Shown: positions 46,962 through 57,802 of the stretch, one piece after another | Layout: each line of letters opens with the position of its first letter | Position numbering within the stretch: the first letter of the stretch is position 1 | NCBI GenBank assembly: GCA_964537055.1 | Contig: CAZHYV010000004.1 | Coordinates: 46,172 to 110,171 of the forward strand | Source: an uncultured Myxococcales bacterium | GTDB lineage: Bacteria > Myxococcota_A > Polyangia > Palsa-1104 > JAEUJZ01 | Length of the DNA stretch: 64,000 nucleotides | Reading direction: 5' to 3' | The notes under the pieces: model-generated | Told to the model about the DNA's origin: nothing | What the model saw: only the letters and a program-made list of their open reading frames with translations | The model's database searches: none | Made by a program: the position numbers and the translations under genes

Positions 46962-48239
46962 ATGAAACCTCCGCAGGCAAAAAAGGCAAACTCTTTCACT
47001 TCTTCTAGTGTCATTGAGGATTCTTTCTCTTCACACCGAATCCTACGAGGGCTGTACGAAAACATTTGGCTCGTCTCAATTCCCGTCTTTATCGGAGTCT
47101 ATCTAGCCATCGTTTCCGCGACCAATTCGTATGATTTCGGGAAAGTTCCTTTTTTACGATGGATCCAAGCGGCAGTGGCTGTGTTCATTTTACTTGGGCT
47201 CTTTTCGCTTCTTAATAAAATATTCTATGTCGCCTTCCAGAAGGTGCGGAAAGATATTGATCAACTGTATCGGCTTAAATCACTTCGACAAAACGCCAAA
47301 ACGTATGCAACCAAACTTTCTCCTGAGAAAAAGGCCAAGCTCCTTTCAGCTATAGAGAACCTAAAGCAAGCGTTTCGAAAAAACACAGGACTGAAAAAAG
47401 CCTCTAGCGAAATACTTGAACAATTGCCACAAAATGGTGAGTACGAAAAACCAAGAGCAATGGATTACTTCTCCTCTCTGTTTATCGCTTTGCTTGTAGC
47501 TTTATTCTTACGAGGATTCTTGGTAGGTAACTTTGTCATTCCTTCGGGCTCCATGATTCCCACCCTTCAAGTGGGCGATCATATTTTTGTGAATCAGGCC
47601 ATTTATGGAATCGGGATTCCATTTACCACAAAGAAATTTGGTACTCACCTTCGGACGCCACAGCCAGGTGAGATTATTGTTTTTATGGGTCTTGATGCTG
47701 ACGATGATCGCGATCTTATTAAACGAGTTATTGCCATTCCTAACGACAAGATTACCTTCTGTCGAGGGAGTGATACCATCCGGATTAATGGCCAAGAGCT
47801 CGTTCAAAAGATCCAACCGGGCCCTTGCTCCTATGTGGACAAAGATCACCCTGAGACAAACGAGCTTGCTGACTGGAAGCAGATGAGCGAATGTACTCTC
47901 CTTCTTGAGTCTAACCGCACTGCGGCTTACATCATCCAAAAGACAGAGCTCCCCGGGACACTTCCTTCGTATGGTCCTCTCCCTTCGTTTGTTGAGGAGC
48001 GCTTCAAACCTGAGCAAGAAGACCCAAGCTGTTATACCTACGAGGTTCCCTCGGATCATGTGTTCGTTATGGGTGATAACCGTGACCACAGCCGCGACAG
48101 CCGTTATTTTGGACCGGTCCCCTACAATAGAATTAAGGGGAAGGCGATGATCATTTGGTGGTCTGATGGCGTCCAATTTGTGAAGGACAAAGCCCAGCCT
48201 TTTGCGAGACTTGAACGAATCCTGAAAAAAATTCAGTAA
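46962..48239 (+). CDS. lepB: signal peptidase I with a long N-terminal extension
   Basis: SGSMIPTL (box B) and GDNRDHSRDSRYFG (box D/E). Confidence 0.85.
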   Translation: MKPPQAKKANSFTSSSVIEDSFSSHRILRGLYENIWLVSIPVFIGVYLAIVSATNSYDFGKVPFLRWIQAAVAVFILLGLFSLLNKIFYVAFQKVRKDIDQLYRLKSLRQNAKTYATKLSPEKKAKLLSAIENLKQAFRKNTGLKKASSEILEQLPQNGEYEKPRAMDYFSSLFIALLVALFLRGFLVGNFVIPSGSMIPTLQVGDHIFVNQAIYGIGIPFTTKKFGTHLRTPQPGEIIVFMGLDADDDRDLIKRVIAIPNDKITFCRGSDTIRINGQELVQKIQPGPCSYVDKDHPETNELADWKQMSECTLLLESNRTAAYIIQKTELPGTLPSYGPLPSFVEERFKPEQEDPSCYTYEVPSDHVFVMGDNRDHSRDSRYFGPVPYNRIKGKAMIIWWSDGVQFVKDKAQPFARLERILKKIQ

Positions 48240-48255
48240 GAATTCCTCTATCAAG

Positions 48256-48765
48256 ATGCCTGGAAGGAACATTCACCAAAATTCATTCTCTATCCATTTA
48301 GGGAGCCCAAGTGAAACCCAGAGGTGGGCCATCGCGTTAGGAGCGCTTGTAGAACCAGGGGATGTTCTGATCCTTTCTGGAGAGATGGGGTCGGGGAAAA
48401 CATTTTTTGTCAAAGGACTTGCCCAGGGGATGAACATACCCGGTGCTGCTTCTGTAAGCAGCCCCAGCTTTACCCTCATCAACGAATATCCTGGAAGAAT
48501 TTCTCTTTACCATGCTGACCTCTACCGTCTTGAGCGAGAAGAAGAGCTGACCGAGCTGGGGCTTTTTGAGAGAGCCGAAGCAAATGCTGTTATGGCTGTC
48601 GAATGGCTGGATCGGTTCCCAAGGTGGATCCCCAAAGAGCACCTAAGGATTCATCTTTCCTTTACCCAAAAGGATCAGGAGAGGCTTCTTTCTGTAGAGG
48701 CAAAGGGGTCGTCCCATGTTCGGCGAATACAGCAGTGGTTCAGCCTTATGAGATCTGCGAGCTAA
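48256..48765 (+). CDS. tsaE: tRNA threonylcarbamoyladenosine biosynthesis ATPase TsaE
   Basis: GEMGSGKT P-loop; ~165 aa. Confidence 0.85.
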   Translation: MPGRNIHQNSFSIHLGSPSETQRWAIALGALVEPGDVLILSGEMGSGKTFFVKGLAQGMNIPGAASVSSPSFTLINEYPGRISLYHADLYRLEREEELTELGLFERAEANAVMAVEWLDRFPRWIPKEHLRIHLSFTQKDQERLLSVEAKGSSHVRRIQQWFSLMRSAS

Positions 48766-48826
48766 CATCGTGGGGCGTCTCTAGCAAAATGGCACGAAGA
48801 AGTACAACAAGGCAAGAGACCGAGCT

Positions 48827-51256
48827 TTACGTCTCTACGGGGGTGGGTTGCGGTAGGCTGAGGCGATTGCTAAATCGTGAAAGCTCTTTATCAAGCTCTG
48901 CCTTGTCTTGAACAGAAAGCTTCGCCTTATGCTTTTCGATCACTTTTCGGCATAGCTCATCGAATTGCTCATCGATAGAGTGATTGCCCTCTTTGGATCG
49001 GGGCAAGGTCCCTATACTTTTCCAATCTGCACGGATTCTTTTTATTTCAGTATAGATAGAGGGTACAGGATCGTCCGTTTTTAGAATCGCCTCAAGGGTT
49101 TCGTACAGAGCCTGCTTTCGAGAAGATTGCTCTTTGATCTCTGCCTCTCGCTCTTTTAAATAAGAATCTCGACGCTCGAAGAAGTGGTTCCATGCTTTGC
49201 GAAAGCGGTTATTGATTTCCTTGGCAGCTGCCTTTGGAACCGCACCTATCTCTTTCCACTCTGCGCTCAATTTTCGAAATTGGTTCGCTGTGTACCGAAA
49301 GTCGCTTGACTCAGAAAGAGCCTCTGCTTGGGTACATAGCGATTCTTTCCGCTTCAGGTTTTGTTCCCACACAAGTTTCTGCTTTTTGAGGTATTCACGG
49401 TAACGAACAAAAAACTGTTGGTAGGCCTCCCGGAATCGCTTGGTCAAAGCCTGAGCCTGCTCTTTAGGGAGAGGCCCTACTTGGTTCCACTTTGCCCGAA
49501 GCTCATTCATTTGGGGCACAGATTCTTTCCACTCCGTGGAGGCAACAAGGGCCTCAGCCTTTTGGCAAAGCTCCTCCTTCATAGGAACATTTGCCAGCCG
49601 TTCAGCCAAAAGAGCCTCTTTGAACGTTTCTGCTTTGGTTTTTGCTTCAGACAGAGCTTCGAGAAACCGTGTTTTTCTCTCTTGAAACTCGTTGTCTTTC
49701 TTAAGCGCGTGCGCAAAAGATTTGGAGGCTTCGCGAATCGCCCGTACCTCTTCCAGATACTTTCTGCCATCCGTCTCTTCTTTCAATTTGTTAAGACGTA
49801 GCTCAAGCTGATCGAGTTGAGACCGCAAGGACCACTGTTTCCAATCGCTCGCCTCTTTTAATTCCACAAGTCGCTTCGATAATGCCTCTTTGAGCTTGGT
49901 GAAGCGCGCTCGAATTTCGAGCTGCTTTCGTTTAGGAAGGGCATCCAGATTTTCAATAGTTTCCTGCCATGTCTTTAGACGCTGATCGATTTCTTTTCTC
50001 GAGGCCTGATCAAGGTCGCGCTCAAGCTCATCGCAAACCTTCTCAAGAAGCGACAACTGAGTTTGATAGGCATGTTCAAGATTGGATGAGGTATGTTCTG
50101 GATTGGATGGCCGCTTTTCTGATCGTGGCTTGTCTGACTTCGAATTTTCGGACCAAGAAGGAGATTGGTCCTTGTTCACAGAAGCAGCCACAGCACCAAT
50201 CCTTCGTTTTGCTTGCTGATACATTTGCAAGAAGCGTGTTTCTAGCGGCTTCAAATCTGCTTTCGGAGAACCCAAAGCGGACGCTTTTGCACGGATTCCC
50301 TCGAGCTCTTCCACAGAGGTAAATTCTCCCCCATGCTGAAGCTCTTCGCACAAGGCAAGCCATTTCTGTCTCTGACTCTCTCTTTCTTGTTCCTCCCGAA
50401 AGCGATCCAAAAAGCTTTGTTTTCTGATAGAGTGTTGCTGCAACAGACGCTGAAATCGTTCGATAAGCACCTGTTCTTTCGGCTCCTCACTATTATCACC
50501 AAGAACAGCCCAGGATTGCTTGATGTCATTTACTTTTAAGAAGACGGCATCCCAATCATTGCTTTGGGAAAGGCTTTCCAAAAGCTTACACAATTTTTCT
50601 CGCTTTTCCATCCTCTTTTCTAAAGAAAGCGAGGATATAGACGGAGATTCTCCCGCTTGCCCATTCGATTGTGTAGAGGTTTTAGACGCCGCAGGACCTT
50701 GCATCTTCTCTAGCTTTTTTACGACTTCTTTCACGAGGTCCTTCGGAAGAGAAGCAGAGGACAATTCTTTGAGAAGAGTACGCTCCTCGATCCGCTGTAA
50801 CGCAAGGGTTTGGATGTTACGGTCCTTAGTCTTTCTGATAACCTCAACAAGCGATTTGGGACGCGTGATTGCTTGTAACGCCGCGTTCCTTACTGCTTCT
50901 AAGGGAGCTCGGGTGGCGAGCTCGATAAGCTCTTTTTCGCCGACAAGAAAAGTGACCGCTTCAACCGCTTTTTGCTGCTCGTTTCCACTTAGGGCCACAG
51001 CAAAATAAATCGCAGATAGTTTTTCTGTCGCCAGCTTTCGGACTTCCTCGGCAGTATCCTCTTTGGCCACTCTCCGCAGAGTCTCTGGATGAGAGAGTTT
51101 CCGAATGGCGACCTTGCGAATGTTTGCCTCAGGATCTGTAAGCGCAACTTCTGCCAAAGCCTTTGTCTGTGATTCCTCCAAATCCCGAACGGCGGAAAGA
51201 CGAAGTTCTTTGTCACTATGTTTCCAATTTGGACGAAATAGATCAAAAAATCCCAT
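48827..51256 (-). CDS. DUF349 repeat protein with an N-terminal HEAT-like region (coiled-coil rich)
   Basis: At least six tandem ~75-aa DUF349 units with the W-x-x-G-x-x-P / RF-x-x-A-x-x-F pattern. The N-terminal RPNWKHSD is typical of the family. Confidence 0.7.
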   Translation of the reverse strand: MGFFDLFRPNWKHSDKELRLSAVRDLEESQTKALAEVALTDPEANIRKVAIRKLSHPETLRRVAKEDTAEEVRKLATEKLSAIYFAVALSGNEQQKAVEAVTFLVGEKELIELATRAPLEAVRNAALQAITRPKSLVEVIRKTKDRNIQTLALQRIEERTLLKELSSASLPKDLVKEVVKKLEKMQGPAASKTSTQSNGQAGESPSISSLSLEKRMEKREKLCKLLESLSQSNDWDAVFLKVNDIKQSWAVLGDNSEEPKEQVLIERFQRLLQQHSIRKQSFLDRFREEQERESQRQKWLALCEELQHGGEFTSVEELEGIRAKASALGSPKADLKPLETRFLQMYQQAKRRIGAVAASVNKDQSPSWSENSKSDKPRSEKRPSNPEHTSSNLEHAYQTQLSLLEKVCDELERDLDQASRKEIDQRLKTWQETIENLDALPKRKQLEIRARFTKLKEALSKRLVELKEASDWKQWSLRSQLDQLELRLNKLKEETDGRKYLEEVRAIREASKSFAHALKKDNEFQERKTRFLEALSEAKTKAETFKEALLAERLANVPMKEELCQKAEALVASTEWKESVPQMNELRAKWNQVGPLPKEQAQALTKRFREAYQQFFVRYREYLKKQKLVWEQNLKRKESLCTQAEALSESSDFRYTANQFRKLSAEWKEIGAVPKAAAKEINNRFRKAWNHFFERRDSYLKEREAEIKEQSSRKQALYETLEAILKTDDPVPSIYTEIKRIRADWKSIGTLPRSKEGNHSIDEQFDELCRKVIEKHKAKLSVQDKAELDKELSRFSNRLSLPQPTPVET

Positions 51257-51669
51257 GGGTATCCTAACATCTGATCATCGAGAGAAGCACTCAAACGTTG
51301 TTCTAATCACTTCTTAAAGACTGTTGATGGGTGCGATCGCTCTTCTTGATTAACTGAGTGTTACTTAACACAACGATCTATTTCAAACAAGAGGTGATCC
51401 CTGCGCAGATAGGAGCCGGGGTCGGGGAGGGGTGAACCGCTAAAGCCTGTAGAAGGTGGAGCAGGGTCTCTCTCTGAAAGAGAATGCGGGCCTGTTTCGG
51501 ATCCCCTCTTTAAACATCCATGGGCTGATAATTTCTCGGCAAGCCTGGCACACCTTTTCTATCTGTTGAGTACAATTTTCTGCATCTACCAAAGAGAAGG
51601 AAGGGGTTACTCTATTCGATAAATGAAGAGAAAAGAGAGTACATGCAGAATCTTGTTGTTCTAGGAAGT

Positions 51670-54600
51670 TTACGCAGAGGCTTTCGCTTTTTCTTCTGCG
51701 CTCTTTTGATTGCGAAGGCGTCTTTTTTGCGAATCAATCACATCCGCAATCACGGAGATAATCTCATTCGGCTCGATGGGCTTTGCGACAAACATCTGAA
51801 ATCCTGCTGCTAAGGCCCTTACTCGATCCTCGACACGCACATGGGCTGTCAGTGCAATGGCAGGAATTCTCGATTGTTTGTCGCTGAACAAAGACCGCAC
51901 CTTCCGAATAAAGGTATAGCCATCCTCTTCGGGCATTGCCAAATCGGATACGATCACATCAAAGGGAACATGCTTAAGATGTTCATAGGCTTCCTTCGCA
52001 CTTGTAGCCGCCTGGACAGTCGCACCACAACTTTTCAAAAGGGCTTGCAGCATAGACAAAATGTCTGGCGCGTCATCAACAATCAGAATGGAACTTCCAT
52101 CTAAACGCACAGAGGGATCTATGGATGATTCTACCATCATGGAGATGTGCTTTTCGGGGAGCGCTGTACGAGATATCGACTTTTTAGACTTTTCACTTTT
52201 TGGTAGGGTGACAATAAACGTGGCGCCTTTGCCCTTCCCTTCACTCTCTGCAACGATCTTTCCCCCGTGCAGTTCAACCAAATGCCTTACGATAGAGAGT
52301 CCTAACCCAAGACCGCTATGCTTCCGAGTAATTGTTCCATCCGCTTGACGGAATCGATCAAAGACATAGGGTAAAAAGTCAGAGGGAATTCCTTCTCCTG
52401 TATCCTTCACTTGGATGCAGACCTGTTTTTTCTCTTCTTTGACCTCAACAAAAACATCTCCTCCTCTGGGAGTAAACTTAACCGCATTTGATAGGAGATT
52501 CCACACGATCTGTTGAAGCCTACCAGCATCGGCATCAATGGGATCAATCTCTGAGTCGATTCTACCGTGAACCGTGATCTCTTTTGATTGCAAAGCTGGT
52601 TTAAGTGCATCAAGAGCTGCTTGAACCACTTCATCGCATTTTACCTTAGATATTTTCAGCCTCAGTTTTCCAGTGATGATCCTAGAAACATCTAAAATAT
52701 CCTCGATCAGCTGAGCTTGCGATCTTGCATTTCTCTCGATAGTCTCCACCGCTGTAGAGAAGGTTGTGGGGTCGCCACTATCCGTCCTTAGCATATGGAC
52801 CCAGCCCATGATTGCCGTAAGTGGGGTTCTGAGCTCGTGGGAAACCGTAGCCAGAAACTCATCCTTCATCCGATTGGTTCTCTCTGCTTCGGCCCGCGCC
52901 TTTTGTTCTTGTTCTAGTAGAGCAAGCCGCTCCTCTTCTACTCTCTTTATCTCATGCATATCCGTGATGGTACCTACCCATTCGCGAACGTATCCGTCCC
53001 CCGAAAGCAAAGGCACTGCTCGAATAAACACGTAACGATATTGGGAGTCTTTTGCCCGAAAGAGACGACCTTCGATTTCATAGAGGCTACGTTCTTCCAT
53101 GGCTTGATCGAACCTTGCCTTGATCTTTGCTTGATCCTCCTCTAAAAACATAGAGAGCCACCCAAGATTTTGTTGCTCTTTAAAGTTCTGTCCCGTAAAC
53201 ATTTCCCATGAAAGTTGAGGAGTCACAAAATTGCCTTTTGCATCTGCAGTCCAGACTACGGCTGCGGTGGCAGCGACCAAGGATCGAAATCGCTCTTCGC
53301 TCAGACGTAAGGCTTGCTCAGCCAAAAGTTTCTCGGTACTGTCGACAAAAATACCCACAGCCCCTTGTTGTATCCCTTCACTATTAAAAATGGGGGTTAC
53401 GTTTCCAAACAACCGATGGCATCTTCCATCATCAAAGACTACATCCATTTCAAAACCACGAATCTCTATCCCCTCCGCCGCAGCTTTTTGTAGCGGAAGC
53501 TCTTTGCAGGGAATCTCTTTTCCATCCCTCATGACCCGGAAATGGGGAGGGCATTCTCCGGCAGGTGCACTCTTCGATTGATTGGTTCCAGGTTCCATTC
53601 GCAAAAGCTCGTACGCTGCTGAGTTCCCAGTGATACGTCTGCTTTCCTTATCATGAGAAATCCAGACGCACGCAGGAACAGAATTCATAAGAATCTCCAG
53701 CTCCTGTGCACGAGCCCGCTCTCGTTCTTCACTTCGTTTTAAGGCTTCGTTTGATTTTTTATGTTCGGTAATGTCTTGAATGATCCCTAGAATCTGCTCA
53801 GGTTTACCATCGCTTGCTCGAGAAAAAACCACGGCTCGATTGCGAAGCCAGATGTAGTTCCCTTCTGCATTCCGCATACGGTACTCTATCTCTACAACCT
53901 CAAAATCCTCCAGGGCCTCAAAACGTTTGTAGCTCTCCGCCATTCTTTCAACATCATCCGGATGGATCAATGAATAATCTGCGCTCCCTTCTATCGTATC
54001 CATTGTGATTGGATCACCAAGGATGTGTTGACCCGCTCGATTTACATATAAATTCCTTCGCTTGCATAAGTCGTACACATAAATAATATCTGGCGTAGCT
54101 TCGGCAATCCTTTGAAATAGCAAACGGTTTCTTGCTGATTCTTCTTGGGCTTGTTTTCTCTCTGTAAGATCAACAACAAAACCAATTGAACCCTGCTTTG
54201 CACTACGTAACTTTGAGATTTCAATTCTCACAGGAATTCGTCGGCCGTCTTTACGGAAATACTCCTTTTCGTAAATAATTTCCTCAGGTTGTGCTTGGCT
54301 ACCCATATATATTTCAGAAGACGTTAAGAGCATTGCAGCATTCTCATTGGCGTGCAAGTGATGCCAGTTTACTCTTCCTGTACGCAGGTCTTCCTTGGTA
54401 TATCCAAATAGATGTAAAAATGCCTCATTGGCGATTTTGATGTTTCCTTCTGCATCATTAAGGACAATTCCTACCGGGTTTTCTTCCAGAAGAGAGTACA
54501 ACTGGGCTTCTCGCTCTCTAAGCATCTCTTCGATATACTTCTTATCAGTAATATCGGCGCCAACCCCTGTTAATCTGATAGGCTTTCCCTGCTCATCGAA

Positions 54601-55800
54601 GAAGGCCTGTCCTCTTGCAGAAATCCAGTGGATGCTCCCATCTAACCAGATTGTACGAAACTCTACTTGGAAATCTCCACCATTTTCAAAGGCAACCCGC
54701 TGTGCATTTCTAACAACCTCGACATCCTGGGGAACAAGGCATTCTGCAAACTCCTCGAACGTACCCTGAAACATTCCCTCGGGACGACCAAAGATGGTAG
54801 TTGCTGTTCCTTCGGGCCAAAAAATTTTTCCAGGAATATCTTGATCCCAACAGCCCATTTTTCCAGCCCTTAAGGCAAGTTTTAGTCTTTCTGCACTTTC
54901 GGAAAGCGCTTTTTCTATCTTTTTCTGGGCGCGTAGATCACTGCAGCAGTAGGCAATCATCGGTGTTGTAGACAAAAGAGGCTCAATGGAAAAAACTCGG
55001 CTTTGAACCTCAAACCACTCTCCGGTTTTCATATGTTTCAGTTGACCCTCCAAAGAAGTGGGCATTTTTTGTAAAGAGCCCCGCTCTTTTACAGTAGGTT
55101 CCGAGACTGAGGGAGGAGAAAAACATGCATGGATGCTTAATTCTGAAAAAGATTCTCGCCCAGAAAGTCCTATCATCTTTTTCCCGGTCTCATTCAGGTA
55201 AAGGATCTGCCCCTCCAGACTAGTTAAGGCGATAAAATCATTACTTTTTTCTAGAAGAGAGTAAAATGCATGCCTCTCGCTTTCTAACTTTTTGATCGGT
55301 GTAATTTCTCTAACGATGCCGATCATCTTTTGTGCATAACCTTGAGGATTGTAAACGACCATCCCTTGATCCTCGAGCCACCGAACAGAACCATCTTCTT
55401 CCAAAACTCGGTACTGGAGGTGAAACGAACCGGTTTGCCCAATCGCATAGCTTTGCTTATGGTTCACAAGCAAACGATCGTCTTTGTGAATCTTGGACAA
55501 GTAGGTTTGATAATTCCTTGGTTCTCCCTGACCGATGCTTAGTAATTTTTCTGCCTCTGATAGGAATCTCATCTCTCCTGAATGCAGATCCCGCTCCCAT
55601 ATCCCAACACCCGCGTGATTTAAGGCTTTTTCAAGAAAAGAGTTATCCCACCCAAATTGCCTAAGCTTTTTACGATTCTGTTCTACTGAGAAAGCCATAC
55701 GAATCAGGAAATAAGCAGAGACCGTAGTTACAATGGTTACAAGAAGAACCAACCACTCGCCTGCAATTCCTTGGCCAAAAGAAGTTACGAATAAACTCAT
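51670..55800 (-). CDS. hybrid sensor histidine kinase: N-terminal TM, multiple PAS/PAC domains, HisKA + HATPase_c, C-terminal receiver domain
   Basis: H-box ATVSHELRTPL. N, G1 and G2 boxes (NAVKFT, DTGEGI, GLGLGLSI). Receiver ILIVDD...D...K. Confidence 0.85.
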   Translation of the reverse strand: MSLFVTSFGQGIAGEWLVLLVTIVTTVSAYFLIRMAFSVEQNRKKLRQFGWDNSFLEKALNHAGVGIWERDLHSGEMRFLSEAEKLLSIGQGEPRNYQTYLSKIHKDDRLLVNHKQSYAIGQTGSFHLQYRVLEEDGSVRWLEDQGMVVYNPQGYAQKMIGIVREITPIKKLESERHAFYSLLEKSNDFIALTSLEGQILYLNETGKKMIGLSGRESFSELSIHACFSPPSVSEPTVKERGSLQKMPTSLEGQLKHMKTGEWFEVQSRVFSIEPLLSTTPMIAYCCSDLRAQKKIEKALSESAERLKLALRAGKMGCWDQDIPGKIFWPEGTATTIFGRPEGMFQGTFEEFAECLVPQDVEVVRNAQRVAFENGGDFQVEFRTIWLDGSIHWISARGQAFFDEQGKPIRLTGVGADITDKKYIEEMLREREAQLYSLLEENPVGIVLNDAEGNIKIANEAFLHLFGYTKEDLRTGRVNWHHLHANENAAMLLTSSEIYMGSQAQPEEIIYEKEYFRKDGRRIPVRIEISKLRSAKQGSIGFVVDLTERKQAQEESARNRLLFQRIAEATPDIIYVYDLCKRRNLYVNRAGQHILGDPITMDTIEGSADYSLIHPDDVERMAESYKRFEALEDFEVVEIEYRMRNAEGNYIWLRNRAVVFSRASDGKPEQILGIIQDITEHKKSNEALKRSEERERARAQELEILMNSVPACVWISHDKESRRITGNSAAYELLRMEPGTNQSKSAPAGECPPHFRVMRDGKEIPCKELPLQKAAAEGIEIRGFEMDVVFDDGRCHRLFGNVTPIFNSEGIQQGAVGIFVDSTEKLLAEQALRLSEERFRSLVAATAAVVWTADAKGNFVTPQLSWEMFTGQNFKEQQNLGWLSMFLEEDQAKIKARFDQAMEERSLYEIEGRLFRAKDSQYRYVFIRAVPLLSGDGYVREWVGTITDMHEIKRVEEERLALLEQEQKARAEAERTNRMKDEFLATVSHELRTPLTAIMGWVHMLRTDSGDPTTFSTAVETIERNARSQAQLIEDILDVSRIITGKLRLKISKVKCDEVVQAALDALKPALQSKEITVHGRIDSEIDPIDADAGRLQQIVWNLLSNAVKFTPRGGDVFVEVKEEKKQVCIQVKDTGEGIPSDFLPYVFDRFRQADGTITRKHSGLGLGLSIVRHLVELHGGKIVAESEGKGKGATFIVTLPKSEKSKKSISRTALPEKHISMMVESSIDPSVRLDGSSILIVDDAPDILSMLQALLKSCGATVQAATSAKEAYEHLKHVPFDVIVSDLAMPEEDGYTFIRKVRSLFSDKQSRIPAIALTAHVRVEDRVRALAAGFQMFVAKPIEPNEIISVIADVIDSQKRRLRNQKSAEEKAKASA

Positions 55801-56176
55801 GGAGTCTCCTTGATTTACGCCTATCTGCCTCAGAGGCTTTCTGTCTGCTGAATCTTGTACCTGTGGGGTAAAAGCCTGAGACTACAGATTTTCTCGACGC
55901 ATGTAAGATTGCAACTTACTTATATAACGACCTTCATAAAAATGTAAGGAATATCTTTGGTCTTTCTTACCTTACCAATCGAAATGCTTTCTTAGAACAC
56001 TTTTCAAAATACTGTGATCCCTGTGATTATGGCAACTACTTTTGAAGTATCGACCAAACCTTATGATAGCTCTCTGTAAGTGCTACAGAACCTAACGATT
56101 ACATTTGCCTTCATACATTCTTTCTGTGCGATGGAGAATTGACGGCAGCCCTAAAAATTAGGTAGATTCTCGCTCT

Positions 56177-57658
56177 ATGCATCCATCTGACCCTACTGTT
56201 CGAGTTCGAATTGCTCCTTCTCCTACGGGCGATCCCCATGTAGGAACCGCTTACATTGCCCTGTTTAATTATGTATTTGCCAAAAAGAATCAGGGACAAT
56301 TTATCCTGCGGATTGAAGATACCGATCAAACGCGATCAACCAAAGAGAGTGAAACCGCTATTTTACGAGCCCTACATTGGGTAGGACTCGCCTGGGACGA
56401 GGGACCTGATGTGGGTGGACCTTACGGGCCTTACCGGCAATCAGAACGGACATCTATCTACCAAGAACATGCCGATAGTCTGGTCAAAAAGGGAGCAGCC
56501 TACCCCTGTTTTTGTACTGCAGAAAGGCTTGAGGCCTTGCGCCGCACACAGCGAGCGGAGGGAAAACCCCCAGGGTATGATCGTCTGTGCCGCTTCCTTC
56601 CCAAAGAAGAAGTAAGCGCTCGTCTCAAGCAAGGGGAGACCCACGTGATTCGGCTTGCTATGCCTACTCAGGGGCAAACCTCCTTTAAAGATGGGTTGAG
56701 GGGCGAGATCATCATTGAGAATGAAACTATTGACGATCAGGTTTTGTTAAAATCCGATGGATTTCCCACGTACCATTTGGCCAATGTGGTTGATGATCAC
56801 TTGATGAAAATTACCCATGTGATTCGTGCAGAGGAATGGATCGTCTCCACACCAAAGCATGTGCAGCTTTACAAGGCTTTTGGTTGGCAAGCACCCTTGT
56901 TCTTCCATATGCCGCTATTGCGCAATCCAGACCGTTCGAAGATTTCCAAGCGAAAAAACCCTGTTTCTCTTGATTATTACCGGGACGCAGGATTTTTTCC
57001 TGAGGCCTTGCTCAATTTTCTCGCTTTGATGGGATTTTCGTTTGGTGAGAACCGTGAAAAGTTTTCGTTACAAGAAATGATTGGGGTCTTTGATTTTAGC
57101 AAGCTCCACACGGGTGAGCCTGTCTTCGATTTGAAAAAACTCACTTGGCTCAACAGCCTTTACTTACGGGAAATGCCCCCCAAAGAACTTCTTCGCCGGC
57201 TTCGTGAGTGGAGACTTTCGGACGAATACTTGCTTCGGCTATTACCTTTAGAACAAGAGCGTATCGAGGTCCTTAGCGAATTCATCCCAGCGGTTAGCTT
57301 CTTTTTGTCGGGAGATTTGGATTTCTCTTCTGTGGCTCGTCAGATGGTTCCAAAAGGAAAAGATGCACAAACCACAGCGCAAGTTCTCTCAGAGCTGGTT
57401 GAGCATTTAGAAGAACAAACCAAAACCGGATTTACCCATGCAAACCTAGAGCCAGCTTGTCGAAGCTTTGCCGAAAAAGCCGGCTGGAAGACGAAAGAGC
57501 TTTTTATGGCGATACGCCTGGGCATCACCGGCCGCACCGCCGCACCTCCCCTGTTTGATACCATGGAAGTGCTGGGCAAGGACCTTACCCGGCGACGTCT
57601 TCGTCTTGCCGCCCAAGCCTTGCTTGCACTACCTTTGGAAACGAATCCAGTCGGGTAA
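56177..57658 (+). CDS. gltX: glutamyl-tRNA synthetase
   Basis: HIGH-like [12 protein letters not shown] and KMSKS-like KISKR. Confidence 0.9.
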   Translation: MHPSDPTVRVRIAPSPTGDPHVGTAYIALFNYVFAKKNQGQFILRIEDTDQTRSTKESETAILRALHWVGLAWDEGPDVGGPYGPYRQSERTSIYQEHADSLVKKGAAYPCFCTAERLEALRRTQRAEGKPPGYDRLCRFLPKEEVSARLKQGETHVIRLAMPTQGQTSFKDGLRGEIIIENETIDDQVLLKSDGFPTYHLANVVDDHLMKITHVIRAEEWIVSTPKHVQLYKAFGWQAPLFFHMPLLRNPDRSKISKRKNPVSLDYYRDAGFFPEALLNFLALMGFSFGENREKFSLQEMIGVFDFSKLHTGEPVFDLKKLTWLNSLYLREMPPKELLRRLREWRLSDEYLLRLLPLEQERIEVLSEFIPAVSFFLSGDLDFSSVARQMVPKGKDAQTTAQVLSELVEHLEEQTKTGFTHANLEPACRSFAEKAGWKTKELFMAIRLGITGRTAAPPLFDTMEVLGKDLTRRRLRLAAQALLALPLETNPVG

Positions 57659-57802
57659 GTCCCAAGCGAATATTGAACATTTCAGTGAGGAAGAACTAAA
57701 ACAGATTGCGTATTGGAACGCAGAATTTTTGGCCTTTCTTTTAAACCTTTCTAAAGAAGAGCTAGGAATTTCCTCATCTTCCTAATTGGTCAATCCCTTG
57801 AA

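Noticed and set aside
51257-51669. RNase P RNA, tmRNA or SRP RNA in the long GC-rich spacer
   Set aside because: I could not find the conserved RNase P P4 (AGGAAAGUCCGGGC), tmRNA ends or SRP domain IV motifs. It is retained only as a low-interest unexplained region.
52061-55664. Multiple 60-125 aa ORFs on the plus strand inside the histidine kinase gene, and similar antisense ORFs inside the DUF349, pheT, mutS2 and ptsI genes
   Set aside because: They are antisense to long, well-supported genes, are low-complexity, and lack RBSs. These are typical spurious ORFs.
57697-57725. Rho-independent terminator after gltX (tgcgt-attggaa-acgca followed by gaattttt)
   Set aside because: The stem is only 5 bp and the T-tract is interrupted. 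It is too weak to call.
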